A DNA stretch of 64,000 nucleotides from Nitrosopumilaceae archaeon (GCA_965207375.1 OZ242274.1:1472001-1536000), one strand, 5' to 3'. Numbered from the stretch's first letter, positions 30,149-41,422 are shown. Made by a program: numbers and translations. The notes: generated by a model not told the origin, from the letters alone.

Positions 30149-33100
30149 CTGCGCCAATCAAAAAGGACATCATTGACAATCAGAAAGATATTACAATGCA
30201 AAAGATTCTAAACTCTGAAATTCCACATGCACAAAACATTGACATCTCAACTGGATACTTTGATGTTAAAGGATATGGAATGCTTCGAAACACCTTGGAT
30301 AAGGCTGCTACAGATAAATTATTTTCAATGCGATTACTCTTAGGCAAAGAAGCAATACTGCCACAGGAAGGCCCTTTTGAAAAGTATGCAAAAAAATACA
30401 ATGAATCAATTGCAGAATCATCACTAAAGACAAATCTGGATGATACAGAACTCTCCGTTAGGTCAAGAGATGACACCACTGCATTGATCAAACTATTACA
30501 ACAAGAAAACATCCATGTAAGACTAGGTGCTAGCAGATTCAACCATTCAAAATGCTACATTTTAGGAAACAATTCGGTCTTTATTGGTTCTAGCAACCTT
30601 ACGGCAGGAGGCATGACTGGAAACTATGAACTCAACGCAGGTCTGTACCAACCAGGAATTGCAGAGCAAACAAGGCAATGGTTTGACCGAATGTGGAGCA
30701 CCGCCGAAGATACAAAACAGCAGCTAATCGACGTGTTACAACGATCAAAGTTTGGTGCGCCAGCTGAGCCATACGAAGTATACATGAAGATGTTATTTGA
30801 GCGGTTTAGACCTTTGCTTGAACAGGTAGACCCCGACACTAGAGAAAACAAGACACTAACAAAGTTTCAGCAAGATGCAATACACGCTGCAATGTTTATT
30901 GTATCTGAATTTGGTGGAGTAATGATTGCAGATGCCACGGGTCTAGGCAAGACCAACATGGGAATTGAAATGGTACGACAAAAGGTGTTAAAGGAAGGCA
31001 AAAAAGTACTGCTTGTAGCACCTGCACAGGTTCTGCACAGCATGTGGACAGAAAAGCTAAAGGAGGTAGACATTAACATTCGTGAGACGCTCACCATGGA
31101 ATCTCTAGGCAGAGAGGACATCATAAACACGCTTGGCAAATATAGAAACATAGATTTGGTATTAATTGACGAATCACAGAACTTTCGTTCAAAGGGTGCA
31201 AACAGAAGAACAAACCTGATGAAATTGATGAGCATAGGAAAAAGAAAGCAGGTCATATTACTGACTGCTACACCAATTAACAATTCACTGATGGATCTAT
31301 ACTATCAGATATCTATAATATCAGGCGGTGAGGATCATTACTTTTACCGTCATACGGGAATACCTGACCTGTACAAGCACATGAGGGATGCTGCAAACAA
31401 GGATCTTGCACAGGGACTAGAAAAGATACAACAACTGTTAGATTTTATCATGGTGCGGCGCACTAGGTCATACATTAAAGAGGTATACAAAGATGACAAG
31501 ATAGGAAACAAGGCAATAAAGTTTCCAACACACGACTATTCTCCAATCAAATATGACCTTGCAGATCTATTTGGAAACATCTTTAAAAAAATTCTAGATG
31601 ATATTGGTCAGCTTACAATGGCCCCATACGGGCTTGGCAGATACGACAAGAGACTATCTGAAGAAGAACAGGAAAAGTACAGGGCAGCAGGCCATCTACA
31701 GGTCACATTATTGCTAAAGAGATTTGAGAGCAGTGTGGAGGCTGTACGAATAAGTCTTGAAAACAAGGTAAACCTGTACCGATACATCAAAAAAGTCATA
31801 GATGAGGGAAAGATTCTCCGTGTACGAGATTTTAACAAAATAATGACAAAGTGGAGCTCTGCTGAATCAAGCAAGGACCCAGACCTAGATACAGATGAAG
31901 ATGAAAAGATGAAATTCTTTCTTGATGCGATTGCAGGAATTCAAAAAGAGGAGATGGGCAAAAACTATAATGTCAAAACCCTAAGAGATGATATACAAAA
32001 AGACATGACAATTTTGGAAAACTTGCTAGATGAGGTCAAAAAGATAACAGTAGATACAAAAATAGACCGAGTAATTGAGACTATTCTGCGCGAGCAGGCA
32101 CTATATACATTTAGCAAAAAAGTTCTAATATTTACCGAATACACTGCAACTGCCAGATATGTCACAAAAAAACTGCGGGAAAAATTCCCACAAAATGTAA
32201 TTGAATGCATAACAGGCAACACAAGACAAGAAACAAGAATCAACTATATCCGAAGATTTTCACCTAATGCAAATCTGTTAGAAGATGAAACTCTAGATTC
32301 TGATGAAATTGACATTTTGGTATCAACTGAGGTCTTATCAGAGGGGCAGAACTTGCAGGATTGCAACTATGTGATTAACTATGATTTACCATGGAATCCG
32401 ATGAGAATAGTACAAAGAACAGGAAGGGTAGACAGGCTTACCAGCAAATATGATGTAATTCATACTAGGGCATGTTATCCAGACAAGGAACTAGATGGTA
32501 TCTTGAAGCTTATGGGAAAACTATTAGACAAGATCAATGTGGCAAATGAGGTAATTGGTGTAGATTCTGAAATACTAGGAGAGACGCCAAACCCGAAACA
32601 GTTTAACGGCACAGCACAGCGAATCGAAAAACTTGCAGGTAAGGGTGCAGACGAGCTAGTCAAACAACTAGAACAAGAATCAGACGTCATGCCTTCATTG
32701 TCTCCAATTAATGAGCTTGGACGATTCATTAAAGAAAAGGGAATAGAAACTGTACAGGACATTCCTATTGGACGGCGCAGTGGCAAAACAGGCCAGGATA
32801 AAAAGATGATTCTAGCATACCTGCAAGAAAAGCCTGAAAGGCGTGTATATTTTGTCCAGTATGACTTTAAGACAGATACGGCATGGGTTTCAGATGATGA
32901 CTCTGAGGCAATACGTCTTGTGTCGTGTCACAAAGATACTGCGATATATTTGCCGATGGATACTGTAGGAAATCAAGAGTCCTTTGAGATGTTGCTTGGA
33001 ATTGATCCAAAGGCACGCCTGGCCATAAAGGAAAAAAATGATGCTGTATCAACATATGTTAAAGATCTTCAGAGAAACAATCGTAAAAAACATGACAAAA

Positions 33101-33465
33101 ACATTGAAGAGATATCAAAGTTGATATTTGATGCAATTTTGGAGGGTAAAATCATCAAAGATGAAGGCAAAAAGGCAATAAACATTGTAAAGTCAGAATA
33201 CATACAGCACTGGTCTGGTGATTTAGATTCTTTATTATCTGAGTACAGACGTGATCCTGATGTTGTCAGTCTAATATCTGGAATCAAAAAAATGGGTGCA
33301 TATATTGGAATACAGCAAAAGACTGCACCCATCAAGGCAAAAGAACAAGATGCAAGAGAGTCACTTGAATTAAAATTGATAGGTGCCATGTTTATTACTC
33401 CAAAGGATGAGAAAAAGTCTGAATTGGACGAGTTCATACCTTCATCTAAACTATCTAAATTATGA
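30145..33465 (+). CDS. PLD-nuclease + SNF2-type helicase
   Basis: HSKCY...GSSNLT PLD motif; DATGLGKT, DESQ, TATP, SEGQNLQ, QRTGRVDR; ATGA-coupled to the MTase. Confidence 0.9.
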   Translation: MTAPIKKDIIDNQKDITMQKILNSEIPHAQNIDISTGYFDVKGYGMLRNTLDKAATDKLFSMRLLLGKEAILPQEGPFEKYAKKYNESIAESSLKTNLDDTELSVRSRDDTTALIKLLQQENIHVRLGASRFNHSKCYILGNNSVFIGSSNLTAGGMTGNYELNAGLYQPGIAEQTRQWFDRMWSTAEDTKQQLIDVLQRSKFGAPAEPYEVYMKMLFERFRPLLEQVDPDTRENKTLTKFQQDAIHAAMFIVSEFGGVMIADATGLGKTNMGIEMVRQKVLKEGKKVLLVAPAQVLHSMWTEKLKEVDINIRETLTMESLGREDIINTLGKYRNIDLVLIDESQNFRSKGANRRTNLMKLMSIGKRKQVILLTATPINNSLMDLYYQISIISGGEDHYFYRHTGIPDLYKHMRDAANKDLAQGLEKIQQLLDFIMVRRTRSYIKEVYKDDKIGNKAIKFPTHDYSPIKYDLADLFGNIFKKILDDIGQLTMAPYGLGRYDKRLSEEEQEKYRAAGHLQVTLLLKRFESSVEAVRISLENKVNLYRYIKKVIDEGKILRVRDFNKIMTKWSSAESSKDPDLDTDEDEKMKFFLDAIAGIQKEEMGKNYNVKTLRDDIQKDMTILENLLDEVKKITVDTKIDRVIETILREQALYTFSKKVLIFTEYTATARYVTKKLREKFPQNVIECITGNTRQETRINYIRRFSPNANLLEDETLDSDEIDILVSTEVLSEGQNLQDCNYVINYDLPWNPMRIVQRTGRVDRLTSKYDVIHTRACYPDKELDGILKLMGKLLDKINVANEVIGVDSEILGETPNPKQFNGTAQRIEKLAGKGADELVKQLEQESDVMPSLSPINELGRFIKEKGIETVQDIPIGRRSGKTGQDKKMILAYLQEKPERRVYFVQYDFKTDTAWVSDDDSEAIRLVSCHKDTAIYLPMDTVGNQESFEMLLGIDPKARLAIKEKNDAVSTYVKDLQRNNRKKHDKNIEEISKLIFDAILEGKIIKDEGKKAINIVKSEYIQHWSGDLDSLLSEYRRDPDVVSLISGIKKMGAYIGIQQKTAPIKAKEQDARESLELKLIGAMFITPKDEKKSELDEFIPSSKLSKL

Positions 33466-33510
33466 CAATTAAAACAAGTATTTAATGAAAAATAGCAGAT
33501 TCTATGGGAT

Positions 33511-34926
33511 TTATGGAAGACGTTTGGTGCCAAAACCACACGACAAGCATGTTTCATAATGTGTGTTTATTTCAGTAGCCCATCCGCGTCCTACGTTCAG
33601 TTTATCTAGGGACTTTTTCAAATCGTAAATGTCATTGTAATGTTTTTTGTTTCTTTTGATAAGAATATCCTTGAATTCTTCGTATGGGAGATAGTTATTC
33701 TTTTTGCGATTACATGACTGACATGCCAGAACTAAATTCCACGCCTCATCACGAAATATGTACGACCATGGAATAAAATGATCCACTTCCGTATAGTTTT
33801 TTTCTAGACGTGTCCTACAATAAAAACAACAGCAATCATACTTACCATACATGTTTTGGTATTTTTTCAATACTCCTCGTTCTTTATTTGGGATCTCTAT
33901 TTTTGATACCAAATCTGGTAATGAACCGTTTGCTCTTTCCAAGAATTTTGCCCATTCTGCAATTACTGCCTTGAACAGTATGGCATGATTACGTCTGAAA
34001 AAATCAACAGCCTCGGGACGCATGTAGATCATTTGTTTATCATCGTTATAGTCATAGAAAATACTGTATTCTACCATCTCACCATCATTACCTGGAATAT
34101 TTTGAAATCTTGGCACGACCATAGATTTTCTTTTTCTATCATGACCAAATACGTTTTTGAGTATTTCGCTTTTGGCTGTGACAATGTGTTTCTTATCGAT
34201 GTGTTCAAAGTCTGCAGGAGGATCATCACCAAATACCCTGTGTAGTGCCTTGATTACCTCTGGTTGTTTCTTCTTCTTAAAGTCCTGTTTTATCTTGTAT
34301 ACGTATTCTTGATACCAATAATGTTCTAAGAATTTTTCTGCAAGATAAGAATATGGTATATTGTATGTTCGGTTGTTCAGAGAATAGTCTAGGAGAATCT
34401 TGGCTAGTGTGAACTTGTAAGTGTTATCCTTTTCACCTCTTGGTGTTATTATGGATGTAAAGACACGCCTCATGTCGTTTTCTTCTCCGAATTTTATTGT
34501 GGCCTTTTCCTCATATGGAGGAGGATCAATTATCCATGTTTGAGTATCGATGGGAACTTGTGTTTGGGGTGAGGTTAATCTCAATGCAAGTCGCCACTTG
34601 TATTTTGATTTGTTCCATACTGAGACTAACCCGTCTTTTCGAAGTTTTTCTATTACTTCTATGGTTCTATCGTAAAAATCATTGTTTCTTCTATTTGGAC
34701 CGATTAGATCTGGACTGAGCTTGATCTCATCGGCTACTGCAATTCTAAGGTAATCAAGTGTATGCCATACATGTTTTGTTTTGTATGGTACCTGTAAGTT
34801 ATCTCCTGCAGGTATCTCGTTGTTTTTGTCTAGCTCTGCTATGGTTTTGCCTTTCATGCTGAGTTGATTTAATATGGAAATACGAATTATGTCTCTTGGG
34901 ATTTTTCTTTTGATTTTAAATGTCAA
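33511..34926 (-). CDS. HNH endonuclease with TYKF helical domain and extra N-terminal domain
   Basis: NTYKFTLAK; CFYC...EVDHFIPW...NLVLACQSCNRKK. Confidence 0.88.
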   Translation of the reverse strand: MTFKIKRKIPRDIIRISILNQLSMKGKTIAELDKNNEIPAGDNLQVPYKTKHVWHTLDYLRIAVADEIKLSPDLIGPNRRNNDFYDRTIEVIEKLRKDGLVSVWNKSKYKWRLALRLTSPQTQVPIDTQTWIIDPPPYEEKATIKFGEENDMRRVFTSIITPRGEKDNTYKFTLAKILLDYSLNNRTYNIPYSYLAEKFLEHYWYQEYVYKIKQDFKKKKQPEVIKALHRVFGDDPPADFEHIDKKHIVTAKSEILKNVFGHDRKRKSMVVPRFQNIPGNDGEMVEYSIFYDYNDDKQMIYMRPEAVDFFRRNHAILFKAVIAEWAKFLERANGSLPDLVSKIEIPNKERGVLKKYQNMYGKYDCCCFYCRTRLEKNYTEVDHFIPWSYIFRDEAWNLVLACQSCNRKKNNYLPYEEFKDILIKRNKKHYNDIYDLKKSLDKLNVGRGWATEINTHYETCLSCGFGTKRLP

Positions 34927-35905
34927 TGTTTTTCTCCCATATCATATGCCCATATTTTTTGGCATTATCATAGTGTGATTCTATGTCTTGATTACCATTT
35001 GTAAGAGTCTGTGTGGAATCATCAAGTTTTTTGATTTTTTTGCCATACCACTCATTACGTCGTATCAATCTTGCAACATATTCAGGTCTAGGAAGTGAAC
35101 TTGATTTTTCACAGTTACATTTTTGACATGCAACAACTAGATTCCACATCTCGTTTTCACTCACATAGTCAAATGGTAAAAGATGATCTACGTGGATCTT
35201 TCTTCCAGCAAGGGATTGTCTGCAATAAAAGCAAGTATCAAAGAAACATAGCAAAATCTTGCGGAATTGGGACAGATTCCGAGAGGGTTTGAAACGTCCA
35301 TCTATCTTTCTTGTCAGATTTGGCATTCCAAAATTACGATTCTCAAGAAATCTCACCCAACCCAAGATTGTAGCCCTGTACAAAGGATGATAATTCTTGT
35401 GTAGTACATTTACAGTATGTTTTTTCAACGTTATTCCGTCATCAGGATCTATTTCTTTGTTGTCTGCTGAATCCTTGTACTCTTTTGTTATTTTGTATGT
35501 GTATAGTTTATCTCCATTTTTTTGAAATCTTGGAATAACATCATCAAAGCATTCTTCTGAAATTTTTTTAATACAATTACGAACCTTGTTTGGGTGTTTT
35601 TTACATATCTTTTCATAAGATGGATACGTATCTTCTATTGGAAATTCTTTTCTTATGATATCTATTATAATCGGTGGTTGATTTTTTGGACCCTGACGCA
35701 ATCTGTACTTGCATTCTTGTTTCCAATAATACTCAAAAAAATCTTGTGCTATCTCATCATAGCTTACAAACAATTTGGAATTTTGTTCATTACAATGATC
35801 TAAGAGAGATCTTGCCAAGGCAAACTTGTATGTGTTATTAAATCTATTTTTGGAACTTGGAGTGATATTTGTGACAAAAGAATCTATGATGTTGCTTTCT
35901 TTCAA
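34916..35905 (-). CDS. HNH endonuclease, paralog of 33511-34926
   Basis: NTYKFALAR; CFYC...HVDHLLPF...NLVVACQKCNCEK. Confidence 0.88.
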   Translation of the reverse strand: MKESNIIDSFVTNITPSSKNRFNNTYKFALARSLLDHCNEQNSKLFVSYDEIAQDFFEYYWKQECKYRLRQGPKNQPPIIIDIIRKEFPIEDTYPSYEKICKKHPNKVRNCIKKISEECFDDVIPRFQKNGDKLYTYKITKEYKDSADNKEIDPDDGITLKKHTVNVLHKNYHPLYRATILGWVRFLENRNFGMPNLTRKIDGRFKPSRNLSQFRKILLCFFDTCFYCRQSLAGRKIHVDHLLPFDYVSENEMWNLVVACQKCNCEKSSSLPRPEYVARLIRRNEWYGKKIKKLDDSTQTLTNGNQDIESHYDNAKKYGHMIWEKNIDI

Positions 35906-36096
35906 AAGATATCATTTGTACATTAATTCTTGTTTGTTATATTCATGTCGAATAATTTAAGTTAAAATAATTTGTATATTTAACAAGATGAAAATGAATT
36001 TTCATGATTTATCAATGACACATAATGCTATCATGCATCTAAAATCAAATCCTTTACAGTAATCTATTTTAGATTATGATTTAAAATCTACATAAC

Positions 36097-36969
36097 ATGG
36101 TAAATCAGTATTGTATTTTAGTAGACAAAAGAGATGTCGAAAAATTACGTATATTTCAAATTGGCAAATTCAATATGCAAATAAAAAAAATTTTAGATGA
36201 CCATGGATACAAATTTATCTGGGGGTTTCACAAAAGTCAGATATCTGATTCATGGAAAAAAATACGTAAAAATGATCGTGTGTTTTTTTCCATTCCTAAA
36301 AATAACTTTGAAATTACATCATTGGTGGCAAAGAAGCTGTTTGACAAGAAGATCGGAAAACGTCTTTGGCCTGACAACTTGGACTCACAAGAAATAACTC
36401 ATTTTTTGTTGTTTGATTCTATCCAACATGTGAATTTGTCGTTTCTTCAGACAATTGAAAATGCATCAGACGAAATCAAAATTCTATTTCCTGGAATATA
36501 TGAGCTCAAAAAAAGTTTTAAAATAAACATAGATAAATCAGACTTGCAGAACAAACATAAATCGATCCCAAAACCCTTCATCGTGCCCTCTACCAAAGTT
36601 GGGCCTGCACAAAAGGATATCTTTGAGGTTATACGATTCATACGTGATTCCACAAAGGTGAAAAAACTAAAAAAACTATACAACAACAAATGCCAAATTT
36701 GTAACTATACATTTGAGTACAAGAAAAATCACTTTTATTCTGAAGTACATCATTACAATCCTTTGAAAGCAAATGCCGATGATGAATTAGATAACATGAT
36801 TGTGGTTTGTCCAAACCATCATGCAGAATTTGATTACAACATGATTGCAATTGCTCATGATGGTACAAGTATTATAGATAAAAAAGGTAACAAAATTGCA
36901 ACAATATATTTTAAAGATGGGCACAGATTAAATATTAAAAATATTACAAACCAATTACGAGAAATTTGA
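36097..36969 (+). CDS. HNH endonuclease with putative EVE/PUA-like N-terminal reader domain
   Basis: WGF...WKKIRKNDRVFF; CQIC...EVHH...NMIVVCPNHHAEFD. Confidence 0.82.
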   Translation: MVNQYCILVDKRDVEKLRIFQIGKFNMQIKKILDDHGYKFIWGFHKSQISDSWKKIRKNDRVFFSIPKNNFEITSLVAKKLFDKKIGKRLWPDNLDSQEITHFLLFDSIQHVNLSFLQTIENASDEIKILFPGIYELKKSFKINIDKSDLQNKHKSIPKPFIVPSTKVGPAQKDIFEVIRFIRDSTKVKKLKKLYNNKCQICNYTFEYKKNHFYSEVHHYNPLKANADDELDNMIVVCPNHHAEFDYNMIAIAHDGTSIIDKKGNKIATIYFKDGHRLNIKNITNQLREI

Positions 36970-36970
36970 T

Positions 36971-39073
36971 ATGTTATTTCATGAACTTGACATCAAACCA
37001 TCTTATGATTCTAAGAAAACAGATGTATTTAATGAATTCTTTAACACTGTTTTACCACATTCAAAATACTATCGCAGATTTGGAGGGGTGTTTTCGGCAA
37101 AGCGATTTGCACTGATGGCTGAAGGTCTTCAAGAATTTATCAAGGAAAACAATGGAATGATGGAACTTGCAATAATTCCAAATTTTTCTCAGAATGACCG
37201 AGAAGCATTGATGAGAGGTGTATCTGTTGATGACATAGTTGCAAAAAATTGGATAGATGATCTGTCAAAAATCAGAGAAAAAATACTTGAGGATCATATA
37301 AGGGCGATTTCATGGATGATAGCAAATCAATATCTTACAGTCAAGATTATTCTACCAGAACATGAAGACGGTTCAATGTTTACCGAGGCCGAACTAAACG
37401 AGGTAGCAATGTTTCGACGAGAGATTGGAATTTTTTACAACAAGGAAGATAATTCACAACTGTCTTTTCACGGGATTATTGACAGGGATGATTCTGAAAT
37501 GGGTGAGATATACTCCTTGGATGTGTCAAGAAATTGGATAGAGACAGAAACAAGTAGAGTTGCATCTGATCACGAAGATTTTACAAATTACTGGAATGAC
37601 GAAACCATACAAATGGGAACACTGTCATGTAAAATAAGACCATTATCACAAAAGTTAGTAGATCATTTTAAAGTGAACTCTCCTAAAACAAAATCTGAGA
37701 TTCCGGATCTAAAAAAAATACCTGTTTTAAGAAAATATCAAATCGAGGCTATAGATGCATGGTTGGAAAATGACGGACGTGGTATATTTGAAATGGCCAC
37801 AGGGACCGGTAAGACATTTACTGCCATAGGAGGAATAAGAAAAATCCAAGAGATGGAAGACAAGTTGCTTGTTATAGTTGCTGTGCCGTATAGAAATTTA
37901 ATTGATCAATGGAAAAAAGAACTTGCAAAATGGTTTATTGATTCTATTATTCTCGAATCTGGAAGTTGGAGACGTGATTTACATGATGAGATTTCATATA
38001 TGAACAGAGCTAGAGAGAAAACATACTCCGTATTAATAACATCCCATGATCTGTTTTCAGATAATAAATTTCTTGAACAGATAGAAAATTGTCAATTTTC
38101 TACAATGCTACTAGTAGATGAGGCACATCATGTTGGTACATTTATTGGAAGAAGGGGTCTTTTACCGAATTATTCATACAGGATGGCATTATCTGCAACA
38201 ATTGAACGATATTTTGATGATGACGGTACATGTTTTTTACGAGATTATTTCAAAGGTTCAACTGGCAAATCCACGGTGATGGAATATTCACTGGAAATGG
38301 CAATCAAAGACAACAGATTATGCGGATACAACTATTACCCATTCTTTGTAGACTTAACCCTGGAAGAAATGACAGAATATCAAATACTGACATATCGAGC
38401 AGTTAGGCTGTTACATTCTAAGAAAACAGCGACACGAGAAAAAGGAGAGATGTTAATTAAAAAAAGAGCAAAAATTGTAAGAGATGCAAAAAATAAAATT
38501 AAGTGCTTAAAACAGATACTTCCACAAATCCCACACCTCAAACATCTTTTGATATTTTGCTCTGAAAATCAATTTGAGGCAATCGATGAAATACTAAACA
38601 ACCCAATAAAACACTGTGGTATAGACAGGTCACTTTTGTTTAGAAAAATCACTTATGAAAATCCACCTGATAAAAAAGACAGAACTAAAATTCTAAATGA
38701 CTTTGCAAATGAAGATTGGGACATATTATTATCAAACAAAATACTTGATGAGGGAATGGATATTCCACAGGCAAGAAGATGTATAGTTATGGCATCTACT
38801 GGAAACCCCACACAGTTTATCCAAAGACGTGGACGGGTATTACGTACATTTGCAGAACCATACAAGGACGGAAGTAGAAAAACACACGCAGATATTTTTG
38901 ATATTCTAGTGAAACCACAAATTAACAACCTTGATGATCCTGACTCCATCAAAATGGAGCTTGGTATGATCAAAAGTCAGTTATCAAGAATTACTCAGAT
39001 GAGTGAGTTGGCCATGAACAGAAAAGACTGTATGGAAAAAATCAAAGAATTTACATATGGATTTGAATTTTAA
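36971..39073 (+). CDS. pbeA: PbeA-like SF2 helicase with degenerate PLD-like N-terminus
   Basis: MATGTGKT, DEAH, LSAT, DEGMD, QRRGRVLR; helicase-small-ATPase-small gene order next to dnd. Confidence 0.72.
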   Translation: MLFHELDIKPSYDSKKTDVFNEFFNTVLPHSKYYRRFGGVFSAKRFALMAEGLQEFIKENNGMMELAIIPNFSQNDREALMRGVSVDDIVAKNWIDDLSKIREKILEDHIRAISWMIANQYLTVKIILPEHEDGSMFTEAELNEVAMFRREIGIFYNKEDNSQLSFHGIIDRDDSEMGEIYSLDVSRNWIETETSRVASDHEDFTNYWNDETIQMGTLSCKIRPLSQKLVDHFKVNSPKTKSEIPDLKKIPVLRKYQIEAIDAWLENDGRGIFEMATGTGKTFTAIGGIRKIQEMEDKLLVIVAVPYRNLIDQWKKELAKWFIDSIILESGSWRRDLHDEISYMNRAREKTYSVLITSHDLFSDNKFLEQIENCQFSTMLLVDEAHHVGTFIGRRGLLPNYSYRMALSATIERYFDDDGTCFLRDYFKGSTGKSTVMEYSLEMAIKDNRLCGYNYYPFFVDLTLEEMTEYQILTYRAVRLLHSKKTATREKGEMLIKKRAKIVRDAKNKIKCLKQILPQIPHLKHLLIFCSENQFEAIDEILNNPIKHCGIDRSLLFRKITYENPPDKKDRTKILNDFANEDWDILLSNKILDEGMDIPQARRCIVMASTGNPTQFIQRRGRVLRTFAEPYKDGSRKTHADIFDILVKPQINNLDDPDSIKMELGMIKSQLSRITQMSELAMNRKDCMEKIKEFTYGFEF

Positions 39074-39111
39074 GATTTTATCTATTTATATAACAATTGT
39101 GGACAACATAC

Positions 39112-39336
39112 GTGGTAGTCCTTAATCCGATAATTCTTGATGCTCTAGATACGTATTTCAAAGAAAAACCAGACACCCCAACAAAGATGCAGCAATTGAT
39201 TAAAAAATTATTGGAGCTTGAAAGCGTTGCAAGCGGTACCAATGAGGGAATGGACAAACTATACGATCAGGTTCTTGATCAGTTTGTTTCTGATGATGAT
39301 TTTATGCAATGGAGTAAAAAATATGTCAGCGGATAA
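39112..39336 (+). CDS. pbeB: PbeB-like small protein
   Basis: small helical ORF between helicase and ATPase; call is positional only. Confidence 0.5.
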   Translation: MVVLNPIILDALDTYFKEKPDTPTKMQQLIKKLLELESVASGTNEGMDKLYDQVLDQFVSDDDFMQWSKKYVSG

Positions 39337-41422
39337 AGAGCGTCTTTTTATTAAAAAAATAGAGATGTCAAACGTAGGACGATTTTACGGTTCGGGTCAC
39401 TCCGTAATGCTTTCTAGCTCTACAGAAAAAAATATCACCGTAATTATAGGATACAGTGGAAGAGGCAAGTCAACAATTCATGATTTAATTTATTGGTGTC
39501 TTTATGGGGAACATAAAAAACACTCTGAAGATGAGCGTCGTGGATTAGATTATGGATTAATCAATGTGGATGCATTATCAAATCTATCAAAAGGAAACAG
39601 TGTAACTGCATCCATCACATTGACACTACACAATGACAAAGAAAAAAAATATGTCCTTACTAGAGAATTAATTGCAACATATAATCGAGACTCTACCAAA
39701 CGTGAATTTAAACCTGAAAACAACTCTCAAGTTCAATCGGGAATTGATTTTGAATCAACTGTTAGACTTGAAATGAAAGATGTTTCAGGTCAATTAATAC
39801 CAGAACGAAATCCAACAATGATTAGAAATGAAATGAATAAATATTTTCCACAACATCTATCTGATTTTTTCCTCTTTGATGGTGAAAATCTGATCAAATT
39901 TCAAAATAATACCTCCTCTGATTTTATAAAAAATGGCATTACGAAAATCTCTGGACTGGGAATTTTAGGATCTCTTTCAAAATCTGCTGGAAATACTGCA
40001 ACAAAAATAAGTAATCATCTTGGTGGCAAAAGCGCCGAAGCCGCACCATATTCGAGTACCGTAAAACGATTGACAATTCAAGCAAAAACACTACAAAACG
40101 AAATTGTAGAACATAAGACAAAATCAGATCGTTTTAGAATATTGCATGATGAAATATCGGAAAAAATTAGGCAAAACAAGGAAGGCTCTAAACTAGTCAA
40201 GGATGAAAAGCAAACTAGAAGAAACAAGAGCAACGCATCTAGGGATCTTAGAGAGACAAATGACCAAATAAAAGATATGCTTTTTGAGAAAATCCCACAG
40301 TTATTGATTAGAAATACGCTTGAAAAATCAGAAGAAATTTTTGCAAGGCTAGAAGATGAGGACAAGATACCTCCTTCAATATCTAGAGGTGCAATAGACA
40401 AAATTCTAGGTTCAGATCCGCTAAGATGCGTATGTGGAAGAGAGTTTGAGAAAAATCAACATGATCCAGACTCACCTTGGATGATTTTGAACAGAATAAA
40501 GGGTACGATTATTGAAGATGATCTATCACAAGGGATATCATTAGGACGTGACTTGATCAGTAGAATAATTGACAATGCATCTACTGAAAAATCAGGCAAG
40601 GACTATTATGCTTTGATAGACAAACGCAGGGAAAAAACAAGAGAGATTCAGGAATATAATGCAGAAATTGAAGAACTTACGGCCAAAATGAAGGATCTAG
40701 AATATGAAGATATGGAGAATCTTGGCACCCTAAAACAAGAATATATGGAGAATATGCTAGAGGAAAATGGAAACATCCGCTCCAAGCAAGAAAAACTTGA
40801 TGAATTGGAAAGTACCATCAAGGAAAATGAAAAACTACAAAATGTTGCACTAGAAAAAGAAAGAATATACAGTACAGAGATAAATAAAATATCTCTGGCA
40901 AATGCAGTCAGCAAATTTTCAAAGATCTTAGAAAAGCGAATTGAAGAGATTTTTAGAGACAAGACAGAGAAAACCACAAGCGAATATTTCCTTCAAAGTG
41001 CACCACAAAAAGAAGAATTTGATCAGGTTAACATTTCTGAAAATTATGATATTGCAGTAAAGGACGTAAATAACTTAACGGCGGGTCTATCTAAAGGTCA
41101 GGCCCATGTGCTTGGTCTGTCATATGTAGCAGGAATCAGAGAAATCACACACACTAACACGTTTTTGATTATAGATTCCCCATTACACAATATATCTGGA
41201 ACAGCACGAAATGAAATATCCGAGGTATTTTCAAAGTATTTACCAAATGTTCAAATCGTACTGCTTGTAACTGATACTGAATATCTTCACAGTGATCCAA
41301 ATGGTGCCAAACCAGTAAAGGACATTTTACGAACCAATGGACGAATATGGAAAGAATATTTCATAGATGAGGTAGAAACAGATGGAATAAAGAGCAGAAA
41401 AATCACGGAGTATACATCATAA
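39323..41422 (+). CDS. pbeC: PbeC-like SMC/ABC ATPase
   Basis: GYSGRGKS, FLFDGE, long coiled coil with CVCG hook, LSKGQ, IIDSP; start at ATG 39323. Confidence 0.75.
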   Translation: MSADKERLFIKKIEMSNVGRFYGSGHSVMLSSSTEKNITVIIGYSGRGKSTIHDLIYWCLYGEHKKHSEDERRGLDYGLINVDALSNLSKGNSVTASITLTLHNDKEKKYVLTRELIATYNRDSTKREFKPENNSQVQSGIDFESTVRLEMKDVSGQLIPERNPTMIRNEMNKYFPQHLSDFFLFDGENLIKFQNNTSSDFIKNGITKISGLGILGSLSKSAGNTATKISNHLGGKSAEAAPYSSTVKRLTIQAKTLQNEIVEHKTKSDRFRILHDEISEKIRQNKEGSKLVKDEKQTRRNKSNASRDLRETNDQIKDMLFEKIPQLLIRNTLEKSEEIFARLEDEDKIPPSISRGAIDKILGSDPLRCVCGREFEKNQHDPDSPWMILNRIKGTIIEDDLSQGISLGRDLISRIIDNASTEKSGKDYYALIDKRREKTREIQEYNAEIEELTAKMKDLEYEDMENLGTLKQEYMENMLEENGNIRSKQEKLDELESTIKENEKLQNVALEKERIYSTEINKISLANAVSKFSKILEKRIEEIFRDKTEKTTSEYFLQSAPQKEEFDQVNISENYDIAVKDVNNLTAGLSKGQAHVLGLSYVAGIREITHTNTFLIIDSPLHNISGTARNEISEVFSKYLPNVQIVLLVTDTEYLHSDPNGAKPVKDILRTNGRIWKEYFIDEVETDGIKSRKITEYTS

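Noticed and set aside
26129-33465. Complete DISARM or BREX system
   Set aside because: No drmA/B/C and no brxC/pglZ recognisable
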